Of a stretch of DNA of 64,000 nt, positions 19,775 to 34,400 are shown one piece after another (within the stretch, counting starts at the first letter, position 1; every line of letters begins with the position of its first letter). The translations under genes and the position numbers were made by a program. The stretch is taken from NCBI RefSeq assembly GCF_009914755.1, contig NC_060931.1; one strand, written 5' to 3'. The notes under the pieces were generated by a model, which was not told the origin of the DNA, did not search any database, and saw only the letters and a list, made by a program, of their open reading frames with translations. This DNA comes from the human T2T-CHM13v2.0 reference genome, Homo sapiens.

Positions 19775-21205
19775 TAATAGAGGGTCTAAGACTGGACTCA
19801 ATGGATATAGAAAAGCTAAACGTAATACTTATTTCTAACCTGTGGATCATAATTTTAATAACAGATGCTATTTAATACATTTCTATGTACCCATCCATTT
19901 TTCTTTTCTTCTTTCATGAACCTAAGAAATTTTCCAAATGAAAAACATACTCATTGTATGAACAACGGACCTGATGAGATTTGGGATCAATTCCTCTTCT
20001 TGTCCACAGCTTTAAGTCTTATTTGCATATTTCTGTAAAACTAGAAAAGAATAAAATAGGATGAGGCAATCTAGATATATTTGAAATGTTTATAAAACAA
20101 ACCCTTTTACAACAAATAATTTACAACAACCATGGACCAGGTCACACACCAAACCCCTTCTTCATTTGCCCATAACGTGAAACCAAACAGTGGAACCGTG
20201 TCTGCCGAGTCCACTGTGAGGAGGGCTGCTTCCAGCACAGCCTCATTTTATTGTCAGGGCTTAACACTAACTGGCATGGACACAGCAAACCATGACCAGT
20301 TGAGGATGCTGCCTCCCTATATATAATTCAGTGGACAGGTCCAGCACTGGAGAGCTGAGAAACTAATGCAGTGCAATGACTGTACATTATTAGTGCCCAA
20401 ACTGTGATCAGCCACCTCCAAGGTGAGGTTCAGCTCCTGAAGCCTCTAGAAGAGACATCGAAAAACAAAACAAAGTTCTCCGTGGCCTACAGGAAAATAA
20501 GTGCTGCTGATCTCAAGACCAAAAGGCATAGCTGGGTAAAGGTAGAGAAAGGATACGGGGCTTAATGTTCACCAAGACAAGAGGAGTAACCAAGGCTGGG
20601 GCACAGAAGCGATCTCTGAAGCAAACCCTCCAGTAAGTAACAAGGCCCATCTGTGGAGGGCTGTGGCTGAGCTGCTACAGGACATGGGCCAACTCTTCCT
20701 CCACATGGCACCCAGACCCCACAGACCTGAGGGTGGAAGTCCCCTCCTCACAAGCACCTGTGGTGTGAGCATCCAGAAGGCCTGCCTGTAGCCAAGTGGA
20801 TCCTGAGCAGCTCCCAGAGACCACAGTCCCACCCAGAAGCCCCTGAGGCTGTCCTCTTATTCCAGCTCCTGCTCCAGCCGGCCCCACGAGGCCAACTCAG
20901 GGCACTGTGGGTGTCAGGAAGAGAAAGAACCTGTAATGGCAAAGAAGTTTGTTCTGATCCTCACTTAAGAGATAGTTCTTTAAACTCCACTGCTTCCGAT
21001 TATTCCAGAGCCTTTCTTGGGAAAAGTCATCATGTTAAAAATGGCTTATCAGTCCTCATGTTACATGGTCTGTCTTGACCTTTCAAACCCTTTCTGGAAA
21101 CACTGTGTTATACTCTGCTTATGATAAGGGATCACACTGATGAAATAAAGATTATTTCAAATTTACGTGTGTTCTATATTTTGGAGGCCTATTCCAACTG
21201 ATACA

Positions 21206-21511
21206 TTTTATGTATTTATGTATTTATTTATTTAGAGACAGAATGGTGCTCTATTGCCCAGCCTGGAGTGCAGTGGCACAATCACAGCTCACTGCAGCCT
21301 CAACCTCCCAGACTCAAGGGATCCTCTTGCCTTTGCCTCCTGAGTAGCTAGGACCATACCATGCCTGGCTATTTTATTTTTTTTTAATTTTTGTACTGAC
21401 GGGGGTCCCACTGTGTTGTCCAGGCTGGTCTTGAACTCCTGGCCTCAAGCCATTCTTCCACCCCAGCTTCCCAAAGTGCTGGAATTACAGGCATGAGCCG
21501 CTGCACCCAGC
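21206..21511 (-). mobile_element. AluJ
   Basis: Diverged dimeric Alu with J-type words (cacaatcacagctcactgcagcctcaacctcc), a (TTTA)-type tail and degenerate TSD (caactg...atttt). Confidence 0.9.
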
Positions 21512-21923
21512 TTTCAACTGTTGTATTTTAAATAGAACTTAGAAACTTGATTTCCAGTTTCAGGCCCACATCCTATTGGGTCAGTTTTTATGTCTGGTCA
21601 TGGCTTTTGTTTGTTTTCTACATCTGTTTTGGTTCATCTGAGTTGACATTTATTTCTGTCCTTGAATGTTTTCTGAATAAATTACAGAAAAGGTTTAAAG
21701 TATCTCTTAGTATGCTTAGTTCCACAGGATAATCTGATAAAGCATATTATCCTGTTATGGTGTTAGTTTTTCCTGTTGGCTTTTGTCCCAGTGATGCTAA
21801 CATTTCCAAGGTGGCAGGAGGGGGAGACTGCCCTGTGTCCAACAGAAACAAAAATGTCTAAAGCAACATTCTTTGCAGGTAAAAATCACCTAATTTATTT
21901 CTTTCTGGGCAGCAAAATATTGA

Positions 21924-23460
<1,537 letters not shown>

Positions 23461-23749
23461 TTGAGTGAGAGTGTTTTTTCATTACAACACCAGGCATAAT
23501 TGGCACCTCAGATTCTAAATGTTAGATTCTGAGACTGATCTTCAGTTGTTCTAAGAGGATCGTGTCTAAGATGGGTATTTCCATTATTTCTTCTCTTTCA
23601 GGTTCTGTGGGTTGTCGTCAGTACCACAGGCAGAGCTGTGTCCCATCAGGAACCTCACTTTTGTTTGCAGCTCCCTCTGTATTTGCAGAGCAGTTCTTTA
23701 CAGTTTGTTTCAAGTACAAGGATTTTGTCATATGCTCTTTTTTTTAGCA

Positions 23750-24770
23750 GGTCTTTGACAATTAATATTTTTTTACATAAAAAATTCATGTTTACACTGA
23801 GAAATAAGAAACCTCATAGATGAGAAAATAAATAAAACTCATTTATTAGTCCACCACCTAGAGAAAGCTCTGGTTAACATTTTTCTTTTTTGGTATGGAA
23901 CCATGCAGAAATTTTATATATATATACACCTGTGAAATGTTTATGTGTTTATATAAAAGTGGTTCATCTATATATGTTTCTTTTTTACCTGGTTTTTCAC
24001 TCAAAAATATGTTGTTATTTTATTTCCATGTCAATAAATATACATCCCGAAGCCATTCTAAATGTCTGCACTCTACCTTGTGTATCTATGTACCACAATT
24101 AACTTAACCAATTTCTCCTTAGAAGACAGTTAATGTCCTTGTTTTTACGAAACAATCATCATAGCTGTCAGGTCTGGGATTCGATTTTACACTCCTTGCC
24201 AGCTAAAAAGTAAATCTGCTACCATTTCATGGATGCTGGTAGAAGACATAAGATGTTGGATCAGAGACAAAGGGCTTTATTACTACAGTACTGCAGATAG
24301 CATGAATATCAGCATGTACGTTGGTTCCCCTTGCTTCCAAGCCCCACAGACCTGATTCAGTGGGCCCAGAGGGACACTTTGCACACAGTGGGTTTGCATT
24401 GCAACAGGAATACTGAGCTTAGGGAATCTACTTCTGCTTTGTAAATGGTAAGTAAGCCTGCTCTTTGTCTCAGTAGGAGACATTACCTCATCCTCCAAGG
24501 TTGCTTGCTATAAGCACCAGCCTGGGAAATGGCCTTGGTAAAGAGTGGTAAAGGATGCTACATTCTTGCCATATCCAGCAAGGTGTGTTGTAACACAAGA
24601 GATTTATCTAGGGCTACCTCCCAACAATAAGCATCCTTGCCTACATATCCTTGGGATAATTTCAAAGGAGTGAAATTACTGGACCAAAGGGTTTGCACTG
24701 CTGTAGACCTTCTGTAAGACTTTCTAATTGTAATGTAATTACCAAATTACCATCTAGAAACTTGCTCCTG
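23750..24770 (-). mobile_element. Old L1M 3' remnant split by LTR40
   Basis: L1M-like 3' words (taccacaattaacttaacca; ggagtgaaattactggaccaaaggg) on both sides of the LTR. Confidence 0.55.
24166..24626 (-). mobile_element. LTR40-like solo LTR (ERVL)
   Basis: TG...CA ends. tttcatggatgctggtagaagaca...tcagagacaaagggctttattact matches recalled LTR40 consensus. Confidence 0.75.
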
Positions 24771-26106
24771 CAGGTTTGCTTTCTCACGTATAACTATAGC
24801 TTTTCACTTACTAACCCAGGAATGGCCTCTCTCATCTGAGCACTCAGATCCATGTTGGCATTCTCTGCTTTTCCGGAGATATGTCTCATTTGTATTAACA
24901 GGGAGGGTATTTTAGCAGAGCCATTTCCTGATTGGTGTCAAGCTGAAAATAGATTGCTTGCCCCCAGGTTGGTGGAAACAGGAATGCTTAGAAACAACAT
25001 TGCCTCTCCTCCTCTGCAGCAGGTCAAGTCTCTTCCTACCCATGAGGCCTAAGCCCCTGTTTTCTCATTTGATCTAACACTCTGGACAGGTGGTATGTTC
25101 TGTGTGTGCTGATAGGTGAATTTTAATGACATTTTCAAGGCATTCTGAAAAAACAAAGCAATTCTTTGAATTGCTTTTGTCAAATAACAAAATTATTTGA
25201 CATAAGTGTCATTGAAAACAGATGTGGAAATATGCAATTCTTACTTTTTTACTACCCTTCCCTGGGGACTTTTGGCTTATGCCAGTCTGAATTTTGATGT
25301 TGAAAGTTTCAGTGTCTCTCTTTTCCAGGTGTATTGTCTTTAATATATAGGAAAATCTAGGGGAAGGGACCCTAAGCAGTAGCTAATACTGTTAAAAGCA
25401 CGTCTGAACTATCAGAGAGCTAATTAAGTAGGAAAGGTTTGTCCTTGGACTAAAGCCTCCCACGGGATAGGACGCTGGTGCATGCGTCCTGGCAGTGGCT
25501 AGAGCCAGTGGGTTTGGGCATGGGAAACTCTGTTTTCATCATAGAACTTTCCTATAATTTTGGCATATTCATTTCCTTTTTATTTATTCTTCAGTTAAAT
25601 GAAACTACAAATATCTGACCTTTACTTCAATCACAAAATCATTTCTAATAGCTCTTGTATTTTATTTATATATGTGACACCAAAGCATATAACCCAAGAC
25701 AGTATTTTGTTTTCCTTCTAGAGCTCCTCTCTCTTTCATCCCCCAGTAGTGGCTGTCCATGATCTTACCCATGCTTTTCCTGGCATTTGAGGCAGATAAA
25801 TTGAAATCAATTATGTATTGGCTAATAGTGATTGTTCATAGTTAGCTGCTAATGGATTACCTATGGTATTTGCTTGAAGTCAATGAGTCCAGTATTTTCA
25901 GAGAAAGAATTCTGGCTACTGCATTCTCAAGATGGTTTATTTTTGTCCCCACACCAGGGATGATGGAAGGAAAAGTCCATAGTGCCTAAAGAGCCACCTT
26001 CAAAGAAAAGTGACTCTATTTTTCTTTCTGATCTTGTGGTGTTGTTCACATAGGGTGCCCTTTGAGTGACATCTGCCCTGCTACCAAAGCAGGAAGAATC
26101 AGCCAT

Positions 26107-26483
26107 TATTTTAGACTGAATGTTTATGTTCCCCCAAATTCAAATGTTGAAGTCATAACCCTCCAATGTGACTATACTTGGAAATTGAACCTATGAGGAG
26201 GTGATAAAGGTTAAATAAGGTCAAAAGTGTGGGGGTGTAATCTGATAGGGCTGATGCCCTTATAGAAAGAGAAAAAGATGCCAGAGCTTGCTGTCTCCAT
26301 CATATGAAGACACAAAAAGAAGGTGACCATCCACAAGTTAAGACAAGAGCCCTCGGCAGAAACCATCCCTGCCAAATCTTGATCTAGGACTTCCAGCATC
26401 AAGAACTGTGATAAAATACATTTCTGTTGTTTAAGCCACACAGTCTATTATATTTTGTTATGGCAGCCTGAGATGACCAATAC
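26107..26483 (+). mobile_element. MaLR solo LTR (MLT1A-like)
   Basis: actgaatgtttatgttcccccaaattca...ggacttccagc...aactgtga...tttctgttgtttaagccac...taca. Confidence 0.88.
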
Positions 26484-27289
26484 AGACACATGAACACTCC
26501 AGAAACAGCCACCTAGGACTGGGCAGGTGGAAGTCCAATCACCTTTGAGATGACATGTTACATGTGCCCAAGAGTAGCATTTCACCCTCACTGATTGGTA
26601 CCAAATGAATTCTCTGAAATCTCTTCTTGGGAAAGCACAAATGCTAAGTGAATTAAGGAAAGTACATTATGTGTACCAAGTTTTCATTCTTATCTATAAT
26701 GAACATTTTTTTCATTTCTCTGTAAAATGTAGACATATCCCAACTATCCAGATATTCATCCAACTTTATAGGAAGTACTTGTGAAAATCTGCTTCAAGAT
26801 CTGTATTAAAGCTCTCTGAGAGTAAAATAAATCTTAATTACCAGAATATTCATGCACCTGGCGCAGTAGGTGGTCAATAAACTCTTGTTATAGGCTAAGT
26901 GAGTGAACAAATGTTAATGAAAGAATGAATCAGTAACAAATAGAATCTGAGGTGACTCTAGTGTCTGATCAATTTTATAAATATTCCACATATCTTCTGT
27001 CTTTCCAAAAACCTTCATTACCCATGGTTTTGTATACATTTCCCTTCAAGAAACCTAAAGAAGCCTAACCAAGATTTCTTCATCGTGTTCTACACTATAA
27101 AGGAGGAAGGGTTTGGAAGCGGAAATCTCAAGGATCATCCTCCTCACATGTACAGAGTGTTCCTTCAGATCTCTATATGTGGATGACTTCCTTGGGTCCC
27201 ATATCACAGCTGAAATGTTCAAATCATTTAAGTCCGTTTCATGATGTTCAAGAGGTATGCAAGATTCTATTCATTCTAAGTATAAGAAG

Positions 27290-27690
27290 CCATCTCTCTG
27301 TTTGCAAATATCAGAATACCCAACTCACAGGAGCTTAAACCAATAGTTGTATTTTCTTTTCTGTATATGATACAAATACTAGAGGTAGGCTGTCCCTCTG
27401 ATCCTTTGATTCAATGATTCTTCAGTTCTGTGGCCTTTAAAAATGTTTTCCAGATGGTGGCTTCTTTTCCAGGCATAACATCTGCTTCCTAGTCAGTGAG
27501 AAATGGGAAGAGTATGCCTTTGCCTTTTTATTTTGAAACCCATCTTGCAGCCCACAGGGTTCTACCTATATTTTCTTGGCCAGAGTTACAGTGCATTGCC
27601 ATCCTTAGATGCAAGGGAGAGAGGAAGGCAAGGAAGAACTGGGTTTAGAATGTGTGTTGAATGAACACTCATATGCAAGTATCTTCTACA
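27290..27690 (-). mobile_element. Old MaLR LTR remnant (MLT1J-like)
   Basis: ttgcaaatatcagaatacccaactca...ggccagagttacagtgcattgccatccttagatgcaagggag. Confidence 0.55.
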
Positions 27691-30249
27691 CTTTCTTAAG
27701 TAAGAAGAGGACGTTTTTGAGAATGCCAAACAAGACTTGGAAGTAAGAGTAGCTTCTGAGAGTTCAGCAAAAAGTGTTATGGCCAATTCTTTCATAGCCC
27801 TGCCTTAACTAAGCTCCATGACCACGTCTGTGTCATCTAGTTCCAATCTAAATGGCCAAACCAGGATCAGATATCCCTCCCACCCTTTGTGGATCAGTTA
27901 TGGCTAGCGTCCTGCAAGCTGAGGGTCAGGGTTGGATGGTTCAAACATTGGTTGTAGGGGCATTCGGTTTACTAATAGCAATTTTCACAGAAGAGGAGTC
28001 GTTGTGAACAAGGGAGCCATGAGGTGGGTCTATTTACTCTTGGAGGAGGTGAGTGCGTTGCAGGCAGATTTTTCCAATATCACCTCCTGCTGCCCTCAAT
28101 TGCTTCTAAATGTGGTTTTAGAGACCTTGGAGAACAGAGCTCTTGTCTGAGCATCCAAATACATGGGAGGTATCCCAGTTCTTAGCTATGACTTTGGGCA
28201 AACTATTCATTAAATATCCATTGCCTCATCTGTGCAGTAAGAATAAAAATATCCATGGATTAAGTGAGAAATTGAAATAAGTATATTCTGACATGACTGA
28301 AGCCTTAGATAAATAGAAGATGTTGCTATGATTTGTATCTTATAACAGTGCCAAACTATGACTACCTTTCCTAGCCATTGATAGGTTTCACATCTCTGAA
28401 TGTGATCTCATGCACATGGGCCACCAATATTTACAAGAAGAATTATTTTTCCTACAACCCCTCCTTCAATTTTTCCAGGCTTTTTGTCACCTCTCACTCA
28501 GCATGTTCTCTTCCAATGAGTGGTTGAGAGTGGAGGATGGAATATGTCTTCTGGAATCAGGAGCTGTGTCTCATGATCCCATTTGCAGTGCATGTGACTG
28601 GAGAAGGCAAAACCTGAAATCCCCTTTTCTCACCAGAGGTCACACAGACCCCAAAGGTTTAAAGCAACAGTCAAATGAGCTGCACACTACCTCTCTAACC
28701 GGCTGTTCAATGAGATAGTTACTTGACCACACTACTTTCAATGAGGTAATGGTCCCACATGCACCCTCTTTCCTTGGTAGAAGGTGCATAAAATAGAAAT
28801 AAATGATCAAGTTACAGAAAGAACTCTGAATGACCAATTCTGGTTCAAGTAAAGGCCTTCCCCTACCCTGCAGTTCCCTGATGATAAATCTTTCAGCAAC
28901 AGGCTGATCCCTTTCAGAAAATAGGCTGACTAGCAATGTTTTCACCTTCTGTACTTGTCAGGATGGAGTGAGTGTGAGATGGAGACCTGAACACACACAC
29001 AACCGCAGACAAATGGCCGTGAATGGGTTTCCTCATTCAGGGCCATTTGGCCGATCCTCTGGCGGCTGCTGGGAGGGAGAGAAAAGGGAACAGGTTGCAA
29101 TGTCAATAATAATAGCAAATGCAATAGACCATCTGTAAAAGGAAGCTGTTGATCTGACTTCCAGAGCATGCTGGCGACAAGGTTGAAGGGACAGGACAGA
29201 GCTCCTACTACTAAAATGAATGGCAATGTCATTTTCCATTTCTTCATTCTCTTAGTTTTCCCTTGGGGGTAGATTATTTAAAGTCTGTCATGAGTCTTTG
29301 CGAATTTGCAAAGCAACTTGTATGTGCTATCTCATTTTACCCAGACCTATTTGTATGCTATAGGAAAAAGAATATGAAGGAGTTAGGGCTTCAGTATTTC
29401 TCAAGGTATTCTTTGGTGACAAGTTGCATGGGGCTTCTAGGGGAAGGGGTATGAACAAGCTTACAAGGTGGCTGCTCCGACCAGAAATGGAAACCACTCC
29501 CTCTCACAAGGAAGTTATTGTTGATAAACACCTTTCAGAGGTAGTCAGAGGATATAGAAATCAGATAAGGTTATTTTCCTTTGTCTTGTTTCTCTGGTTC
29601 CCCTGGTGTTTGCTTTTTCCTCTAAATTAATTAGAGCCAAACTGCATTAAAGTGACTAGTAAATCCCTACCTGGGCAGATCTTATCTGAATGCCACCACT
29701 TCCTGCTATTGCTCCTGCCAGGAGATTCTAGTCTTGGGTCTGGCTGATGTATTTCTGTGATCCAAAGCCTGCCTCTGTAGCCTGATGAACCTGCCACTTG
29801 ACCCTTAAACCTCGGCCATCTTGGGGCTGCGATTCAATTTTTTCCTGTTCGCCATTGGCTCTCTTGTCTGTAACCCCCTTGAGTTATTGATAGGGTCTTG
29901 GATAGCCCCTGCAGTGTCTTTGTGTGAATTTCCAAAAGCTCTCAGCTCTTGGCAGTCTAACCAGAAAAGCATCCCCCTGTGGACTGAGGTGGCTGGCACC
30001 TGGCCAGCCCTTGGAATACAGGCTGGTCCTCAGCCCTCACTTGCACCCCTCTGCTCAGCACACAGACACATGCTGTGGGCTGGAGAATGGCAACACCTCT
30101 GTCATTTGTCTTTGCCTCTGGCCAAAGTGTCAAAGGGAAGTCAGCTCTGATGGCAAGTCAGGCAGGGGTTGCTCTCCAGGCTTCTTTGACTGCTGTGTCA
30201 GGTGACCACAATGTCCTGGCAAGGACAGCTTAACTCTTGCCAATGGGAC

Positions 30250-30825
30250 TTTCACTGATTTATTCAAACACTGACTGAACACCTACCAAGTGCCAGGCAT
30301 GTGTAAGATGCTGGGGATATTGAGGGCACACCAAGACAGATGTGGTCCCCGTGCTCATGGGCCTCAAAGTCGAAATGTGGGACAGTCAAAAACGTGTGAG
30401 CGGGCATAGTAATTTCATAATGTATGAGGGCTGAGGAAGTTATGACCAGACTGCTGAGAAAGAAAATAATAGAAAAGCAAGGGATGGATTTTGAATGGGG
30501 CAATTGTGGCGAGACCAAAAGGATAAGGATAAGCCAAAGCCAAGAGCATGAGTGGTCCATCTGAAAAACAAAAGCAGCATGTGTCAAGGCCATGAGGCAG
30601 AAAAAGACTGACATGTTCCAGGAACCAAAGGGGCACTGGAGTGGAGGCGATGAAGCCCGAGAAGGGAGGCACGAGTAAGGTCTTTGAAATGTGTATGACA
30701 CAGGTTATGCAGGACTCACTAAGGCTTTCCAACTGCATTCTTCATGCAATGGAAGTCATTTGAAAGGCTTTAAGCAGGATAATGACATGATTGGGTTTAG
30801 ATTTACAAAGATCACTTTGGCTGAC
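30250..30825 (-). mobile_element. L2 3' remnant
   Basis: ttattcaaacactgactgaacacctac...gtgccaggca...gaaaggctttaagcaggataatgacatgat...aaagatcactttggctg. Confidence 0.8.
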
Positions 30826-31795
30826 AGCTCTAGTTGCTGTAATTTCCTTTATATGCCTTGCTCAGCCTCATAATGTACCTTCCTGATTGGGAGTTGGTGC
30901 AAGGTTGATGTACCCCCATATTCACAGTCCCTGGCCCCCCATGCCTTTTCCATTATGCCCTATGCTTGTGCCTCCACAAAATACTGAGCCCCATATCTGT
31001 GAGGAGAACTTCCTTGACTTAGTTTCCCCCTTAGCATTTCCCACTTTCCAAGCTTCAAGACATCCACAAGCAAACATCCTTGGGATACTTTCCTACTCAC
31101 ATGAAAGAAGCAGGGTTCCTGTTACTCTACTCTTTCCCAAGACTCAAATGTGGGCCCAAACTACCTGTGAAGCTGACATAGTGTACGTGTTAATCTAAAG
31201 ACCAGAAATGCTGTTGCAAAATGTTTTACCTTTATGTAGGTACTAAAGACGCATTTGCATTTTTCTCCAAGTGCTCTGGCTCTTACCAGACAACAGAAGG
31301 CCAGCAGCACGGTGGTCTGATGAGTGGATTGGAGTGTGACTCATCAGCGGGTCTTCCTGGAGACACTGCGGCTCAGCAGCCCCTGCGGAGGCCTGACTGC
31401 ATCTGGTGAAACTTCATTTTGACACAGGTGTTGGTGACATGGTCAAGTCATGTAGAAATGGGAAAGTCAGTTGCTCTTTTCTTTTGTGGCCTGTCTACAC
31501 AGCTTCATGAGGAGAAGGGTGGGGAAATTTCTGTCCCACTACTCAGAGACATTTTAAGAAGAAGAATAAATCCAAGCACCTGGAACCTGAAATCAAGTCA
31601 CTTTTTTTCTTATCCATTGGTATAAGGGAAATTTTGGAGACAAAAATATACCCTAAAAGAGGATACCTAGCTTTCTTTTTGGAAGTCTTTGCGGGGAAAA
31701 GGGACTGTTAAAAGTGTAGCGTAGTTGGTTAAGTGAAAAATCCTCAGGTAAGGCTTCCAAATTCAAATCTCAATCCTACCACTTCCTAGGTGAGT

Positions 31796-33808
31796 GGGTT
31801 CATCTGCTCAGGCTGTCATAATGAAATACCCTGGACTAGGTGACATAAACAACAACAGTTTATTTTCTCACAGTTCTGGAGGCTAGAAAGTCCAAGATCA
31901 AGGTACTGACCAATTTTGTTCCCCAGTGAAGGCTCTCTTCTGGCTTGCAGATGGCTTGCCAAATTGCTGTGTCCTTACATGCAAGAGAGAGACAGCAAGA
32001 GAGAGCAAGAGAGAGAGAGAGAGACAGAGACAGAGAAGAAGCTCTCTGGTGTTTCATCCTCACTAATCCCATCATGAGAGCTCCACACTTATTATCTCAT
32101 CCACCCCTAATTAACTCTCAAAGACCCTGTCTCCTAATACCTTCAAATTACAAGTTAAGACTTTGGTACATAAATATTGGGGGGGACACAAATATTCAGT
32201 CTATAGTATTGCATCCCTTTTGCCCCCCCAAATTCATGCCCTTATTGCATACAAAATGTATTAATTCCTCCCCAATAGCCGCAAAAGTCTTAACTGATTT
32301 GCAATATTATCTCTAAAGTCCAAAGTCTCACCTCAGTATTATGTAAATCAGATATGGATGAGACTCAATATACAGTTCATCCCGAGGAAAAACTTCTCTC
32401 CACTTGTGAAACTATGAAACCAAACAAGTTGTATGTTTCCAAAATACAATGGTGGGACAGGCATAGGATAGACATTCGTACTGTAAAAGAGAAATATTAG
32501 AAGGAAAAAAGAGGTGAGTAGTCCTAAGCAAGTGTAAAACCTAGGAAGGCAAATACCATTAAATTTTTTTTTTAGATGGAGTCTCACTGTCACCCAGCCT
32601 GGAGTGCAGTGGTGCGATCTCAGCTCACTACAACTTCTGCCTCCTGAGCTCAGGTGATCTTCTCGCCTCAGCCTCCCAAGTAGCTGGGACCACAGGCACA
32701 CACCACCAAGCCAGGCTAAGTTTTTGTATCTTTGGTAGAGACAGAATCTTGCCATGTTGCTCAGGCTGGTCTCAAACTCTTGAGCTCAAGTGATCCACCT
32801 GCCTTGGCCTCTTGAAGTGCTGGGATTACAGGTGTGAGTCACCGAGCCTGGCCCCATTAGACCTTAAGGCTCAAGAATAATCCTCTTTGGTTTGCTCCTC
32901 CACCTTCCAGGCCCAGTGGGATGGCAGCATCTCATTTCTTTGGCTCTCTGTGGTAGCTCTGCCCACACATGCTTCTGCAGAGTTGTGGTCCAGCCATCTG
33001 AAACTTACGTGGAGGCAGCCTTGCACCCCTGGCCTGTGCACTCTGGACCAGTGATAGGATTGGCAGCCCTGATGAAGTCTGAATTGTGGCTCTGGGGTCC
33101 TTTTTTCCTTTTCTTGAAAGATAGCACATGTTTGCAACCAGATAGTTTCATGATTCCATCAGGTAAAACCCAAGAAGTCTGACAGACTTGGTGCATTTTG
33201 TTGTGTCTTTTCTGTCCCCTTTAGTTCACACTGGCAGTGTCTTTGCTGGTATAATCTCATCTCTATTCCTGGCTTCTGTTAAGATGGCTGATTAAATGGA
33301 GAAACTGAATGCATGATCTCTTATTAAATGGTTGATCATCCATACTCTTAGTGTTCTTTTCAGAACATTTCTTTTTGCAATATGGAGGGGCTGAGAAATT
33401 TTCAAATCTTTAAATTCTGGTTCTTTCTTGCTTAACAAATTCCTTCTTCAATTTATCTCTTTCTTCACATTTTACTATAAACAGTCATGAGGAACCAAGA
33501 CACTCCTTCAATACTTGGATTGGAAATCTCCTCAGCTAAATATCCAATTTCATGGCTCACAAGTTCCACCTTCTACAAAACATTAGAACATGAACACAAG
33601 CCAACAAGGTTCTTTGCCATTTTATGACAAATATTGCCTTTCCTCCAGCTTCCAATAACATGTTCTTCATTTCCATCTAAGACTTCACCAGAATCTGTGT
33701 TAATGTCCATATTTCTAGCATACATCTCAAAACTCTTTCAGACTGTATTCATTACCCAGCTCCAAAATTACTCCACATGTTTAGGTATTTGTTACAGAAG
33801 CACCACAC
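31796..33808 (-). mobile_element. MLT1A-like LTR (~31796-32208) plus MaLR internal region; second LTR missing
   Basis: LTR words (tttattttctcacagttctggaggctagaaagtccaagatcaagg; gggggacacaaatattcagtc) followed by MaLR-int words (caaattcatgccctt...; ccaaaatacaatggtgggacaggcatagg; ggaaatctcctcagctaaatatcca). Confidence 0.85.
32563..32853 (-). mobile_element. AluJ (Jb-like) inside the MaLR internal region
   Basis: Dimeric Alu flanked by ccatta TSD remnants. Confidence 0.9.
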
Positions 33809-34240
33809 TTGTGTTTGGCCAAATGTCTGGGCATCTTGTGGCCCCGTCAAGTTGACACATAAAATTAGCCATTAAACCATCATGTCATATCCAAGATTCT
33901 CATCTTCTTTATTAGTTCCTTCATCTATAAAGCAGGGATAATAATAAAATCAACCTCACAGAATTGCTTTGAAGAGTCACCTTTTCAACGTATAAGCACT
34001 TAGCAGGGCCTGGCTCACAGTGAGAACTCAATACATAATAGCCATTATTATTGCCAGTAGGTTGTACACATCACCAAAAAACAAGTCCACAGTGAACATT
34101 AGAATGTTCATAAATGAGTTCAGTTCACCACTGATCATTCATAATGCTGTAATGCCAGGTGTCTTAGTCTTGAACATATTATCCTAGGACAATGTGACCT
34201 GGCATTGTATCTGTTGAAACTAAAAACCCTTACTGGACTT

Positions 34241-34262
34241 TTAGGGTTAGGGTTAGGGTTAG
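34241..34262 (+). repeat. Short interstitial telomeric sequence (TTAGGG)3TTAG
   Basis: 22 bp of perfect vertebrate telomere repeat. Confidence 0.9.
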
Positions 34263-34288
34263 CATTACTCACTACTTTGTGTAAAGTA

Positions 34289-34400
34289 CTAGGTGAGTGG
34301 GTTCATCTGCTCAGGCTGTCATAATGAAATACCCTGGACTAGGTGACATAAACAATAGCAGTTTATTTTCTCACAGTTCTGGAGGCTAGGAAGTCCAAGA
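34289..34400. repeat. 112-bp copy of 31786-31897
   Basis: 109/112 identical and includes the MIR/MLT1A junction. Confidence 0.95.

Larger units (their letters stand above)
31715..34052 (+). mobile_element. MIR split by the MaLR insertion (parts ~31715-31795 and ~33880-34052)
   Basis: MIR 5' part (ttcaaatctcaatcctaccacttcctag) and 3' part (catctataaagcagggataataata...aagcacttagcagggcctggc). Confidence 0.7.

Noticed and set aside
25125-25213. tRNA gene
   Set aside because: Cloverleaf-like geometry only; AT-rich, with no A/B boxes or canonical D/T-loop nucleotides.
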